Origin: the human T2T-CHM13v2.0 reference genome, Homo sapiens
Assembly (NCBI RefSeq): GCF_009914755.1
Contig: NC_060925.1
Length of the DNA: 64,000 nucleotides
Reading direction: 5' to 3' (one strand)
Part shown: positions 15,991-30,400 of the stretch, piece by piece
Layout of the letters: every line of letters starts with the position of its first letter
Numbering within the stretch: the stretch's first letter is position 1
The notes under the pieces: generated by a model
The model's database searches: none
What the model was told of the DNA's origin: nothing
Seen by the model: only the letters and a program-made list of their open reading frames with translations
Made by a program: the position numbers and the translations under genes

Positions 15991-17312
15991 ATCTTTATTG
16001 TATATATGAGGAAACTGAGTCGAGAGAGTGTGAGTGAGTGAATTAGCCAGGATCACCACTGATAAGTGGTAGAGCTAGAAATGAAACTTAGAGCTCTTTC
16101 AGCTATACCCCAACTCAGATATAGCCCTAAAATATTCTAATTTTAAGCTTATTACCCAAACATTCTATCATAGGCAGAGCAGAGCAGGACTGTTTCAAAG
16201 ACAATGAACTTGAGACTCAGCAAAGGGAAATGACTTGGACTCAGACCACAAACATGCAAATGGGCGAACCAGATGTTGAACTCAAGTCTCAGGACAGCTG
16301 GTTCCACTCTGCCACATAAGGGAGAGGGCAAGGGAGGACCACAGTGGACTGGACAAGCAAAGTAGATGAGAAACATGCTGATGGACAGGCCACTAAGGTA
16401 TGAGGACAGGAGTGCTAGACAAAGGTACAGAGCTGTGGGCTAGAGACCCCACATCTATGCTACATAATAACATTCTACACTGTATAGTAATGATTATGCC
16501 ACTGAGTGAGAGCAAACTACAAGTATAGAAACAGGATTTGCTTTGTGCTACATGATGACTATCCTGTCTGAGTAACAGTACACTGACAATAAACTCAGGG
16601 TTCTTGATTGGAACATAACCAAGTGGGGACAGTTGGAGTATAGTCTCCAAAGTTCAAATTTAATTATGTACTAGCTGCACATTTTCTCACTTGGTCTTCA
16701 TAACAGCCAGTGATACTGGTACCCATTATTCCAATTTACATATGGGAAAATTCAGATTCACAGAGATTAAGTAACTTGCTACAGGTAAAAATAATAGCAA
16801 GAGGCAGAGTTTAGATTCAAATCCATGTTTGTCTAACTCTAAACCCATGCTCTTTCCCATAAACTATTTTGTGCTATTTTGTTTTTCTGTTTTTTAACTA
16901 ATCAACACCAATATCAGTCACTCACGGCTTCTGACCAGTAGGAGGTTCAGGAAACAGCATGTTCAGTTGTCGCAATTCCAACCAAAAGCCAAAATACCTG
17001 ACAGGTCTACAAAGATTAAATAATCTTCCCAAAGACACGTAGCTTCTAAAAGGCAAAAATGATTAAAGAGCTCTGGAAATATGAGAAGAGACCGTGCCTA
17101 ATAGTTCTCAGTGCTGAACTTGGATGGAACTGCCCATGCCATGGAGCTAGAAGTGGTCTTCCTTCAGCATGCCTAACTCATGGGAAATAGTGCCCTACAT
17201 TTCTGAAGACAAAGTACACATCTCAGAGCTGAGTAGACTTCCCCAGGACCAGCTCTGAGGTTACCTGCCCACTATCCCCAAATGTGGTCAGGATGGGCTG
17301 ACATCTGAGTGA

Positions 17313-17313
<1 letters not shown>

Positions 17314-17349
<36 letters not shown>
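17314..17349. repeat. (CA)n microsatellite
   Basis: Direct sequence. Confidence 0.95.
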
Positions 17350-17353
<4 letters not shown>

Positions 17354-17624
17354 GACAAACGAATTCTGTGCCTAGCACTGTGCCTGAAACTGAAGCTCAA
17401 AGAAAGAAGGAGGGAGAAGGATGTTAAACATGGAAGATATTGACAGTAAAAGGGATTGTGGGAGCAGAGGAAGAAGAGACTTACTCGGTCTCAAAAGGTG
17501 GGCAGAAAAGGCACTCGGAGATGGTGATGTTTGAGTGGAGTCTTGATGACAGGAGATTTGCTGATAGAGAGTGACAAGGGACAGTGGTGGCATCGCAGGT
17601 AGAGAAAACAGCAAGAACAAAGGC

Positions 17625-17893
17625 TCTGTTCAATCAAATATCACCTTCTCGGAGCAACCATCCCTGACCATTCACATATAAATAGCAGACTCTGTCTTTG
17701 TTCCCTGCTTTTCTCTCTTCCCATTTGTTAACTATTGCTGACACTATGTTATCTATTTATTATCTATTTCTCCAAGCAGGTTGTTAGTGCCACCTGAACA
17801 CACTCACTGTTTTCTTCTTTCCTGTATCTCAGTGCCTAGAACTCTATGTAGCACATAGTAGAGACTCAATAAATATCTGTTGAATAAATGAAC
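17625..17893 (+). mobile_element. L2 LINE 3' end
   Basis: 'agtgcctagaac...gcacatagtagagactcaataaatatctgttgaataaatgaa' L2 tail. Confidence 0.7.
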
Positions 17894-20800
17894 AAGTGCC
17901 AGATAGGTGTGATTCAGAATACTGTGCCAATGCTTATATGCTTGCTCTTTAATGTGAAGCAGAAAGTAGGGAGCATTTTCTTAATCACCTCTTTTTCTCC
18001 CCAATCTCCTAATGTAAATTAAGTATATTGAAATGTAGAGAGGAGGAGGAGAAAGGAAATAACATTTATTGAGCATTGATTATGCTGATAGTTCACATAA
18101 TTTCAATCTCCATAACAACTTGATGAGTAGGTATCATTATCCCCAATTCATAGTAAGGGAATACTAGAAGCATGTGATTTATGCAGTCTCCCAGATGGTA
18201 AGTGAAGTAGCAGGGCTAGGATTTGAACCCAGGTCTGCTTGCTCCCCAGGGCCCTCCGATCACCATATGGAGCCCCTTTGGAGTGCTGTCTACAATGAGA
18301 TGCCTGAGGAAACTGCCTGCAGTGCGAGGAGCTGGTGAGGACTGCTGCTGTTACCAGGGTCTGCCCTTACCCAGGTCTTTTCATTCTCTCTCTAATTCTC
18401 ATGATAATCTCCAATACAAAGTATTTACATCCCCTGTAATTGTATAAGGAAATAGGTTCAGAAACTGAGTAAACTGTGTCAAGGTCACCTGGCTAGCAAG
18501 GCAGGTGGGAAAGCAAAGGATTCAAACCTGGAGTCCAGAAGGTCTGACTCCAAAATCTGATCTTCCCTTCAAGCTACTCTGAGCCACAGACCATAAGAAT
18601 TTGAAATCAAAAAAGAAATCTCCATTTCAGCTCCTAGAACACATGACAGTTTCTCACCCCAGATTGTTCTCAGCTCAGTATGAAAACATATAACAGAGTA
18701 TGAACGCCTGAGTGAAAGAAAGACCTAAACTTAAATTATTCCAGAACGGCAAGCTATTGTCAGTGATTGACAACCAGTCTCGACTCTCACCAGTGACAGC
18801 CACACACAAAGTCAGCCTTCAAAAAGAGCTCAGTTCTCTTCAATTAGCAGAGCTGAAATGAAACCACTTAGGAAATTATACTATTGGGTGACTGTTGGGT
18901 TTTAAACATAATGAGAAAAATAAAGGCTAGGCCCAAAGTTTACTATCAGCTGAGCTAGAGATGTCAGATATACCAGGACTTGAGACCACACGTTCTTTTC
19001 CTAACTCATGCTTGTCTGCTTCCGTGACACTGATCCAATCCTGAATTCATTCATTCTTTCATTCATTTAGCAAATATCTATCGATTATTGACTGCCAAGG
19101 ACTGGAGCTACAATAGGGAGAAAAACAGATATGATCTTGCCTTCTGGCACTCCCAGACAGGTAAACAGGCACTGGCATACCTTGCAGTAGGTGACATGAG
19201 GGGAAAAATGCAGGATGCTCAGAGGCAGAGCAAGAGAGCCCCACAAAAATGACATTTCACACTGAGTGGGAAACAGCCATGCGGGGCAGAAATACCTTCC
19301 CAGCAGGCAATGTGCTCACCCATCAGGAGAAGGACAAGGGTGGACAAGGCAGGGGGCTGGCAGCGTGGAAGGAGTGGGCCCTCCTCCTGCTGGGCCCACC
19401 TATCTATTCCCCTAGGAATGCTAGAATCACAGCCCTGGAAAGCTGGAAGGGCTCTAAGTCACTCACCACCATTCACTCAACAAACCCTGTCCCAGGATAT
19501 CAAAGGCTCAGAAGTGAACGAGAGCAGGGCACACATAGGAAACTGCCAGTGGTTCCCTAGGATCAGACTGCCTGGGCCAGATCATGAAGGGATAATGCTT
19601 CATATTGAGGCAATGGAGAGCCATTGAAGGCTTGAGCCGGAGGAAGTGACACCCAGAGCCTACAACCTTTATGTAGCCTCATATATGTGGATTCCTAGAT
19701 TCTGTAGGTACAAGGTCTGGAGGAACTGGATAAGAGAAAACAGAGAAAGACAGGTATTTATCTGGTTGAAGGAAAAGTACAGGATAGACTTGCTTCTCAG
19801 ACATGAATAACAGTGAACTGGGAAGAAAATAAAGATTAGAATCTATTCGTGGCCTTGTCTCTAATTAGTGTAATACTGGACAAGTTAATCCGGCCCCTCG
19901 CCACACACCCTGCCTCAGCATCTTCATCTGTGTGATGGGTGGAGAGTTAGGTAGCTCATTAGAAATGGCAAATACTAACATTTAATGAAATATTACTCTG
20001 AGCTCTGAGCCAAATGCTTATCTCTTTTAATGCCCACAGGCATCCTGTGAAGGAAGTCTGATTATTCTCATCCCCATTTTACAGCAATGGAAACTGGAAT
20101 TTGAAGATGTTCAGTAGCTTGTTGAAGGTCAGATATTTGGTAAGAGGTGGAACTAGGATCTGAATGCAGCACTCAATTGCTGAACCATGAAAACAACCTA
20201 TTTTGAGGCTGTTATATATTTATTTCACAAGAATTTTCTAAGCACCTGGGCTATGAGGGTAAAAAGATAAGGGAACAAAGTTCTACCAATGTGAGAGCCA
20301 GATACACATTCTCTTTTAGACTGGGAGCCCTGAACCCTAGTTTTGGTTATATCATTAATTCAATTTGTCTCTAATGTAAAGAGTGTGTGTGGGTATATAT
20401 AGAGGGAGGGGTGAAGGAAGCAATTATGGCAAAATGATCTCTCTGGGTTTCTCTCTCTTGCACTTTGAAATCATCCTGTATCAACAGGGTATCACAAGAG
20501 ACCCAGGACTGAGATGACCCACATCTGGCACAGATATAACAACAGCATCATCCTCAGTGAACCAAACTGCAAAATCAACCAGGCACCCAGATAAAGGGCT
20601 AATTGGGCAGCTTGGTCCTTATTCAGGAGACCCAGTGACTGCAGTCTGGAGAGAAGTCATCTCTTTGGCCCTTAGACCAGGCAGGCCATTGACATCCCAA
20701 AGAGAGAGAGGTCTTCTTTTTGGAGGCCATAAGATCAGGTCAGGCCTGGGGCCAAAATAAGGGAAAGCTGCTACAGGAGGCATGCTTCCACAAGCCACCT

Positions 20801-20920
20801 CGGCCCATGTGCAGCAATACACTTTCCAATTAGAGCTAATTGACCACCTGTCGGTCAGGGGCAGCAGAAAGACGAGAGCAAGGCTTCAAGGATCCTGGGC
20901 CTACCCCTTGGCCTGCAGCC

Positions 20921-20960
20921 CTGCCCGCCCCCCCGCCCCACCCCGCCCCGCCCCCACTCC
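20921..20960 (-). promoter_or_regulatory. Clustered GC boxes / G-run tract (Sp/KLF sites; G-quadruplex potential on minus strand)
   Basis: Minus strand reads GGGGGCGGGGCGGGGTGGGGCGGGGGGGCGGGCAG in non-repeat sequence. Confidence 0.6.
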
Positions 20961-23900
20961 TCCTCACCTACCTCGTACTGCTCTGACTAATGAGCCAAGG
21001 CCAAGGAGGGAGGGAACAACCTGCAGAGAAATGTTTTCTCCCTTCTTCCAATAAACTTTCAAAAAGGTTTCTGAGATCCACGGTTGGATTCTCCCATGCA
21101 TACAGCCCCAGGTGCTGAGGGACAGAGGCGCACAGTAACAGCTCATTTAGCAGGGAACAAATGGTCTCCTTTCAGGCCAACCAATAAAACATTATGCACT
21201 CAGTCAGGCTCTGGGACCCAAGACGAGTGTCGATCGGAAAGACGCATGGGGGACACAGCACCCGCTTACTTAAGATACTCTGTGACTGCTTCAGGGCAAA
21301 AAACAAAAACAAAAACTGAAAGGCAGTGTTTCCTTCAAACAACCCAGAAGGCCAAATGCAAAAGTGCTCATTGGAATAACATAGTGAAATCAAGGTGATT
21401 ATTTACAGAAATAAGAGATTATATGTGTGCATAAATAGTCCTTTGTTATTCATAATTCACTTTCACATGCATCATCTCTTTGAAGCTTCACAACAACTTC
21501 AGCAGCAGGAAAAGCAAGAGGCAGTGTCCCAGTTCTATAGAGAACGGCCCTGGGAGGCTGAAGCTCAAACCGAACACCACACAGGCCAAATGTCAATGCT
21601 ATAGTTCAAACCAAGCTCCTAATGCCAAATCCGCTAGACTTTTCACATTAACACAGCAAATCCAAACTTTACGTTGCTTTTACAGTTTTTTGAGTCATAA
21701 TATATTGGGGCTGAAAGATTCTTGATAACAGCTGGAAACTGAAACCCAGAGAAGTTAAACAACATTCTCAAGATCATACATCAAATTGGGACTAGGTCCT
21801 TGGTCCTTATACTCCCTCTTCCCACTATACTTCAATATAGACCCCAATAACAAGAAATATTTCCACAAAATCAGTAATAAAAAATGCTTATGCTGTTCCC
21901 GTAGATGCCAGCTACTCCCATGTTTCCTTTAACACAAGCCTTTACTTCTAATAAAGCAGTAATGTTAATGCAGGAGGAGAAACAGGCACAGAAGGAGGGA
22001 ATCAGTAGAGTTCCTTGCACACAGTAGGGGTTCAATAAATGTCTGCTGAATTGAATGTAGTGAAATAAGTATGGATCCACAGGGAAAAGAGAGGAAAAAG
22101 AAGGTATTTTGCACGTACGTAGATGAAAATGCATGTACTCTATGTAAGACACTATGCTGGGAGGTTGGCACGAAGAAGACATTTGCCATATTCCAAGCTG
22201 ATTTTTGACATCAACTTGAAGCTCCTACTGTGTTAACATTGCACAGGCACAGAGAGAACACAGCAGGATGTGTGCTTCCAGGCAATCCCTTGGAAAGTGT
22301 TTGACCTTCACTAAAGTTTTGACACTGTTTTCAGTATCACCTTGGGGGTCATTTTTTTCTTTTTTCTTTTTTTTTAAGTGAAAAAAAATTCTAAAGGAAA
22401 GAAAAAAGTATGTAAAGGAGGCAGAATTGTTCATAAAATCCTGGTGACAGCACAACTACTGAAACCCGGTGTCAAGAGGCATTCTCTCACACTGTCACTG
22501 AAATGCTCCGTAACAGATTTTGCCTGATAGTGACTTCTATCAATTTCTGTCTATTTTCATTCCTCTTCTGCAGCCACTGGTGGCTTCAACATATTTTGGT
22601 GTGGTTCTATAGCAAATAGAAATGTCATAGATGACCACTTTACATGTTAGCCCAGAAAGTAGACTGGTGATCATTACCATATATTGAGCACATGAGATAA
22701 TCATGATAATCTTATCATAATCAAAATAATAGCCAACTCATTGTTTACTATGTGTTCTTTGGTAAGCACTTCACATGCATTATTTCATTATATTTAGCCT
22801 TCTTAGAACTATTATGTTTAACTTGTCTGAAGCTATACAACCATGCGGTGGCAAAGTCAAGTTCTAACTTCAAAGCCCATGTCCTTTGGCAGTACCCCGT
22901 AATTCATTATTGTATTCATTTGCACAAACAGTAAGTACCTGGAATTGTGCTAGCTATCGGGATACAAAGATATAAACCATGCTCTCAGGAAGCTCACAGT
23001 AAGTAATACAAGCAGTAGGATAGACCAAGGGTCTCTATGTGCTAAGTTAAAAACAGAAGTGGTTGCTGGGTGCTCTGACTACATCCAGGGAAGTCACCTC
23101 ACCCAGTCCAGGAAGTAACAAAGAATGCTTCCCAGAGGAAATGATGCTTCCATCATGAACGGTAAATGTGTCAAATGACGCAAGGCACAAAGGGCATTTT
23201 GCTCATGATTGGGGGAGAAGGGACAGCAGGTACAGAGAATAGAGACATGGGAGAGCAGGGCATATTCAAGTGACTTCCAGGTAGTTCAGAATAGATGGAG
23301 TCCAGAGGAGAGGACCAGATAGTAAACAGAAAGAATACTACAAAGGAATGAGATGGAAAAAAATTGGTTACGAGCCAAGGAGGGACTTTTATGCCATGTT
23401 AAGAAGTGTGGGATATCCTGTTTGCCATTGTGCCCCCTGAGGATTTGTAAACAAATGTGTGATGTTTAATGGGAGCATAACAGCCTACTTCCACTCGAAT
23501 GCCCAGAGAAGAAAAGCAGGGCAGTGGTACTTCCAGCCTCTCTCTTCAAAGAAAAAGGATCCATTTATATTTTAGGTGAAATCAGGAAGAGAGCAAATTT
23601 GTATGGCTATAGCAGACATGCTATAGGGTCTCACAGCATCACTGTAGCCCTATTTTTGTGCTTTCTTATACTTCTGCATGGGAACCAGAAGTGACTAGAC
23701 AAAACTCTGGGGACACTAAACAGATACACTTACATGAGGCTTAGAAGGGCATGTTAAAAGAAGGTATATACCATATGCATAGAGAGTAACTTCTGGGGCA
23801 GTTCAGATAAAGATCCTTCTGTCTGTCCCTAGCAACAGTGTTGTGTCCACTCCAGCAATACCATGATATGATTGGCCATCTGTCCTGACATTCAAGCTTG

Positions 23901-24944
23901 GCTTCCAGGACCCTCCCGGAATGCTGTAGGTTACCCAACACCCCTTAATAAATCCCTTTCAGCTTAAATGTTGTCATCTGCAACTAAGAACCTAATTGAC
24001 ATGATACAACAGCTCCTCTTCTTCTGTCTTTCAGAGCTTCTAACCTTAGAAGATCTTCCTTCACTGCTTTCCTGGAGCTATCCAGCCCAGACTGACTTAG
24101 GAAGCCTGAAATAGCTGCACAACCTAAATTCTTCAATCAAATTTTAACAGAAATAAGATGCACGTTTTCATGTTTATCAAACTCCAATATTTACCTCCCA
24201 TTTGGTTTTTAACTTGGAGGAAGAAAGGACATGTTTAAATTTCATCCCTTGAAATCCTACTTCCTAAAAAGAATAAGATCACACTGTGCTTTGGAAACAG
24301 AGAACAAGTTAGAATCAGCTATTTGGCTACAGCAAACCCAATCCCAGAACCTGTCTGGAGTAAGGAAAAGGATGCTTTTGTGTTAATTAGAAAGTCAATA
24401 GGAGCCCATGGAGTGCAGAAACTTCAGCTAGGAGATGCAATCTGTTGATTACCAGGGGACCCTTTTCGCAAGAGGTCATAATCTCAAACCTTCAGCTCGC
24501 TTATATTATTTGCAGGGGGCTGATTTTCCCCCTTGACTCTCACAGAGTTGTCCAAATACACCTGTTTCCAAAGCATGTGGTCTCCACACCTGAACCTCTC
24601 AGAGCTGAAAATGAGGAATAAATAAGAAATAAAAATAACCAACTCTGAGTGGAGCAATAAAGGACTAGACAGCACATGAACTAAGCTACAGAAAAATCAG
24701 CCAAGAAGACCAAAGGTTTCCAGTCCCGGAGCCGCAAGTCATTATCAAGCTAAATTCTCTTCCCTGCATTTCCCCATCATTAAAACAAGAAGAGAAGCAT
24801 TAAATGTAAAGTTGTCTTTGCTGAGTAACTATTTTACACTCCACACAACAGTAGGAGGTGGAGTGCAAAAGAAGTAGGCGACTGCTGCCTTGCACTCCAT
24901 CTTACAAGCAAACCCAGGGAACACCAGAATGATGAGAGTAGGTG

Positions 24945-25420
24945 TGGCTGGTACTGCCACACTGTCCACCAATACCCATTCTTCCCACATTCCAAAAATA
25001 GAACCTCAATTCTGGCACATAGCCATCCAGAATAAGTACAATATTCCTTAGTCTCCCTTCTGTTAGAAGTGGCCAGTTGACTGGGTTCTGGCCTATAAGG
25101 ATGTAAAATAAAATTACAGGTGCAACTTCTGATCATATCCTTAAAAGAAATGGGCAGGCCTTCTCCTGACTTCTTTTCTTCCTTTTTGTCATCCAGTTAG
25201 AATAAGGATATGGTGACACACCATCATGGATCATGTCCTAGTGGTGAAGGAACACAAGCTGGAATAAATTTAGACCTTACACAATTTCACAGCTTAGAGC
25301 TTATTCCCTAAACACTCAGACTTTTATGAGACTGAGAAATGTATTTGTACCATTGTAAATGCACTCTTAAGCCACTTTATTTAAAATCTTGGTTACATGC
25401 AGTTAATTAATTAGGACCTA
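24945..25420. mobile_element. MLT1-type MaLR LTR relic
   Basis: 'tattccttagtctcccttctgttagaagtggccagttgactgggttctggcc...aagccactttatttaaaatcttggttacatgcag' resembles MLT1. Confidence 0.55.
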
Positions 25421-26113
25421 TATCCTAATTGCTTGAGATGGCATGCAACCACTTCACTTGTCCAGCAACCTCACTTTCCCAGAATATAGTTGTAAACAAA
25501 GAAAGAAACTAAAAAGACCCCTAAGTAGCCAAAGCTATATTTTCACTGGAAGCTGATGCACTTTATTCACAGGAATGGCACCCACGCCAAGACTTGGTGG
25601 TTACTGACTCTTATCATATCCACATTTCCAATAAGCATGGTCCCTGGTATATTAGTCCACAGGCAATACAAAGATGAATAGAAAGAGAAGAGGACCTCTT
25701 TTCTTTTCCTTTGCTGTTCAAGAGTTTGACAACATACAGGACAGTTTTTAAAGGCAGATAAACTGATATTACCAAGACATGATAACACAATCTGACAGTG
25801 AGGAGAGTTGACAAAAGTATAAAAAATAGATATGAGAATTTTAAATCCACACATAAAGATATGAGAATTTAAAATCCATATATCCATATGTCTGGAGCTA
25901 CTCATACATATAGGGGCAAATAATCTCATGTATCTAAATAGTCCTTAAGAATATTCTTGATATAGCTCAGCATAATAATTGATGTTTATGATATTTTGAG
26001 TCATACTCTTTTAAAAAGCAGAAAAGTATGTAATTATTATTATTATTTCAGAACATTAGTCATCTTGAAACTTTTTTTATTTGAAACATTTTAGTCCATG
26101 TGATGCCATATAC

Positions 26114-26213
26114 ACAAATTATTTCTTACAATCCATTGTTAAATGAAATACATTTGGATATCACAAACAAATCATTTCCTACAATCCATTGTTAAATGAA
26201 ATACATTTGGATA
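26114..26213. repeat. Tandem duplication, period 53 bp, two copies
   Basis: acaaat(t/c)atttc(t/c)tacaatccattgttaaatgaaatacatttggata at 26114-26160 and 26167-26213. Confidence 0.9.
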
Positions 26214-26379
26214 GTCAGGGTTAGAACCATTTATTCTGTACCTAAACCCCTTTGAGCCTTGCCCTAAATACGATGTCCTGGAGATGAATCACACACATCA
26301 CTACTGTCAAGTAACTCCTGGTCTATTTTGAACACACATAAATAAAGAGATCATTATAATATTAGACTAAACTTCTAGG

Positions 26380-27480
26380 GAAGGAAAAATCATACATAAT
26401 GTAGATGAAAGAAAAAAATGACTATCTATAATGTAAAAGAAGCCTGAACAAAATGATAAGAAAAAGAATCATCTAAAAGAAAAATAGGCAAAATGATTAA
26501 TTATCTGTCCACTTAAAAGCAAATTCAAATCTTTTCACGACAAATGTGAAAAGATGCTCCTTCTTGGCAGACATCAGGAAAACACAAAGTAAAATAGCAA
26601 TGAGATATTTCTCACCTATCAAATTAGCAAAAGTAAAAGAGAATGATAATACATGTTGCTGGCAAGGATATGGGGAAGATGTTACTTCATATACACTAAT
26701 GGAAATGTGAATTATTACATTCTCTTTAGAAAACAATATGGCATCATCTATTAAAACACTGAAAAGTGCATACACTTGGACTCAGAAATACTACTTTTGG
26801 GAATCTACCCATAAAAGTTAAATCATCCATTAAAAATGATAAATGTTCAAGGATGCTTATTTCAGTATTGTTTATAAAAATTACTGAATAAAAATCAATG
26901 CCTATCAGATGGAAAATGGTGGAAAAATCCATGGTATACTTGTTCCATTAAAAACTATACAACCATTGAAAATAATAACATATCTAAACCCTTTGACTCA
27001 AGGAGAGCTGGATGACAGGGAGAATAGTTTTCCATAGCGTTTTAAGTGACAAATGCAAAAAATGTATAATGATATCATATTTAAACCAATGACAAAAATT
27101 CCTGCCTATGTATATGTGTGTGTGAATGTATGTATTTGCAAATGATTATAGGAACTTAGAAAATACAGAAGGCATCTGGATTGTTAGACCAGTTTGTAAA
27201 CAAGCAAAAAAGCTGTATTAAAAAGTAGATATCCCGGATAAAAAGTAAGCTGCCTACATAATAAAGCAGAATATGTATAATTATATCCATACCAAGGCAG
27301 AGTATATAAAATTATATCCATCTACATATGCTAGTAGTTATACATCTAAAGAGATAAGTGAAAGAATGGTCACCAAATTATAGATAACAACTAGAATTTG
27401 AAGTGGTTTTTACTAACCTTTATATCATTTTATACTTTTTCATTTTTTACAATTAATTTGTATTATTTAAACAATTTGGA
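26380..27480 (+). mobile_element. Ancient L1M (L1ME/MC-like) 3' fragment
   Basis: 'aatgagatatttctcacctatcaaattagcaaaag...gctggcaaggatatgggg...ctacttttgggaatctaccc' degenerate ORF2 end and 3'UTR. Confidence 0.7.
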
Positions 27481-30400
27481 AAAAGTTGATAAAGTGATAA
27501 AAACAACCAATGTCAGTGCTGGTCATTATTGAGTGAAGTCAACTAAGAAGAGTTCATATGGGACATAGAACCTGACCTCAGTTTCAAGAGACTATTGGAT
27601 CTGGGGGATAGTTGAAGACAGAGGAAGTGCCAGGCAGGAAAAACTGTATAAGTGAAGGTATGGAAGTAGAAATGAACATGGGGAATTAACCCTGAAACAG
27701 TTCGCCCTCATATGGAGAAGCAGGAAAAAAAAAATAACATAAGCAAATGGCTGATATCACATGACCAGAATCAAACCAAGCATATAGGAAGTGGAAATAG
27801 CCACCATGATGATGCACGCACAAAATGTGATTTTTAGAGTTAACCTTAACAAATGAAAACAGCTTGGTTTCTTCAAATTCTACAAATTGACAAATATTTT
27901 GAGTTCTTAGTACTTTGTCCATGGTGACACCATGTGTTGCACTCAGATGTAAAACTTCAGCTTGGTAACATTTTCATTTTAAACCCTCCTTCCTGTCACT
28001 TTCCAACTTGGCTGTAAATATTTGCTTGGAGAAAAAATGTCACTAAAGATCTAAGCTCAAGCTTCCAAAAAAAGAAAAAAAAAGGTCATTTTGAAATAAG
28101 AAGCTGTATTCTGCATTTTAAGTAAACAAAAAGCCTCAACACCTATGACTCAGAGCTCATTTCAGAAAAAAAAATTGTTTTTATTTATTAAAAGCCTATG
28201 AATAGAAATGAATTCTTTATTTGGTATTCATTCTGATTTAAGTCCGCCTGCCCCTTTGAGATGGGAATCATGTGTGCTTTGCTAAATAAATGAAAAGGTT
28301 GTCTGATGTCACTGTTTCTCTTGTCCTCTGCAATATGGCTGGGGTTTTTTTTTAGTCCCAAGTGAAGAACTATTAATTATATAGAATTCTTGTACTATTG
28401 CCAACAAGGGAAGAGCCTAAATGTCACCAAGTAATGATCACCTCCTTGCCCAAACCAGCTAGTGTTACACAGTGGCCCAAGACAGTTTATTTCAATCTGA
28501 GAAACATTCTCTTCTATCTTTCACAAGGTGCCTTTCACTCTCAAAGTGAGAGTTCAAATCACAAGGATCACAACTTTACTATTCTGATCACCGTATTATA
28601 AAACAAGGCAGATATTATTTCATTTCTAGGGAATTGAAAAAGATACCCAGAACCATCAGGTAGCCCTTCTGATGCCTGACAGTAGAATGGAAGAAAAACT
28701 CAGGCCCCTGAAATGCAAATACTATGTCTTTTTAGACAATTATCCTTCTGTGCATAGGGTTGACAATGAAAAAAAAACACACACACAAGAAAAATTTCAT
28801 CATTTCATGCTTTGCTGAATTTTAAGAGTAGCAACAAGGATCAGTGAAAAAAAGAGTCTAAAGAAAGAAAATGAGAACAGATGTTGAGACCAGACACACA
28901 ATGTCCCAATCCCAGTCCTTCTCTCACTTGCCATGTGACTCTCAGCATTCATTTAACATCACTGAGTCTCAGTTCCTTTCCATGGAAATACGGGATTGTT
29001 TTGAGAATTGATAGAATAACATATGAAAAGTGCCCATAAGTATAAGGTAGACAGTAAAAACAGCTGCTACAAAAGCATCAGCAATAACAATGACGACGAC
29101 TGTAGTGATGGTGATGATGGTTCTACTGCTGAGGAATTCTAGGATCTTACACAGGTCCCAGAATCTTATATAACCAAGTAGTAAAGGGCACAGGCTACTC
29201 ATGCTCAAATCCCAGCTCTACTTTTAAGCTGTGCCTCATATTCCTTATTTGTGGAATGTGAATATGAAATGAGTTAATATATTTAAAGTGTTTAGAGCAA
29301 TACCTTGCACATAGTAAATGTCCCTCTCCCTTAAATAAAAGAGTTGGACAAAAGCTTTTGCAAGTTCAAGCTCTATTATGTCACTTGGTCAGGATTATCA
29401 ATTTAGAAGAAGCACAAGTACTCAAAACAAGAACAGTCTCCACAGTAAGAAAGACTTGAGTTTATACCCAAGCTCTGAAATGCACTAACTTGTGCCTAGG
29501 ACATGTTACTTAATGTCTCTGATCCCTGGTTTCCTTCTCTATTCATTAAAAACTCAGCAAATATTTTACTGATTTTTATTGTGCCAGGCATGTTCCAGCT
29601 GAGAATAAACTAAGAGTCATAACACTATTCCTAGGATCGTTAGGAGGATGAAACCAGAGAATACAGGTAGTGTGCTCAACCCAGTGTCTGACATACAGCA
29701 AGCCCTCAATAAATGAGAGTTGTAATTCCACTACCTACCCAGAGGCAGATGCTATCAAAGTCAAGCTCTGGAGGCCTCCAGTAACCACTGCCTCACTGAC
29801 AAATTATCCCAACACCAAGGTTTTTAACCATGTCATCAGGTTTTCTAGCACACCTACAGAACTAGGAACTATGTCCACAACTGCTCACCGAAGTATAAAG
29901 AGACAGACTCTCTCCATGGTTCTGATTCAAATAAGAGATGCAGAAGAACAGTACTGGGGAAAAGAGTATCTCTTAACGAAACTGTCCCAGAAAACAGTGC
30001 TGTCATCCCTAGACATGAGTGTCAGCAAACCCCCCGCCGCCTCAGAGCAGCTTCTGTCTGCCCCATTCAGTCACTGTACTAAAGTGAAAGCAGAAGGTGC
30101 CTGGCTCCCTCCTGGGATCAACTCTTACATCTAAGGATACAGAATGAGCCCTGGACCCAAAGACCTGAGTTCAACACCTTCCATTTCTTCCTGGCTCTAG
30201 GAACTTGGCCAGGTCACATTAGCTTATCACGTGTGCCTCTGTTTTTCATCTGCAAAAGGACAAGGACACCTAATTGGAAGGGCAACTGTTAAGATGTGGA
30301 CTAAAGGGCTCCATCAACTCTTAAGCTCTGAGCAAATATAGGGCATATGAAGCCGAGTTAGATGCCCTGCCTCTGGGTGCTCACAGACCCACTAATAGGG

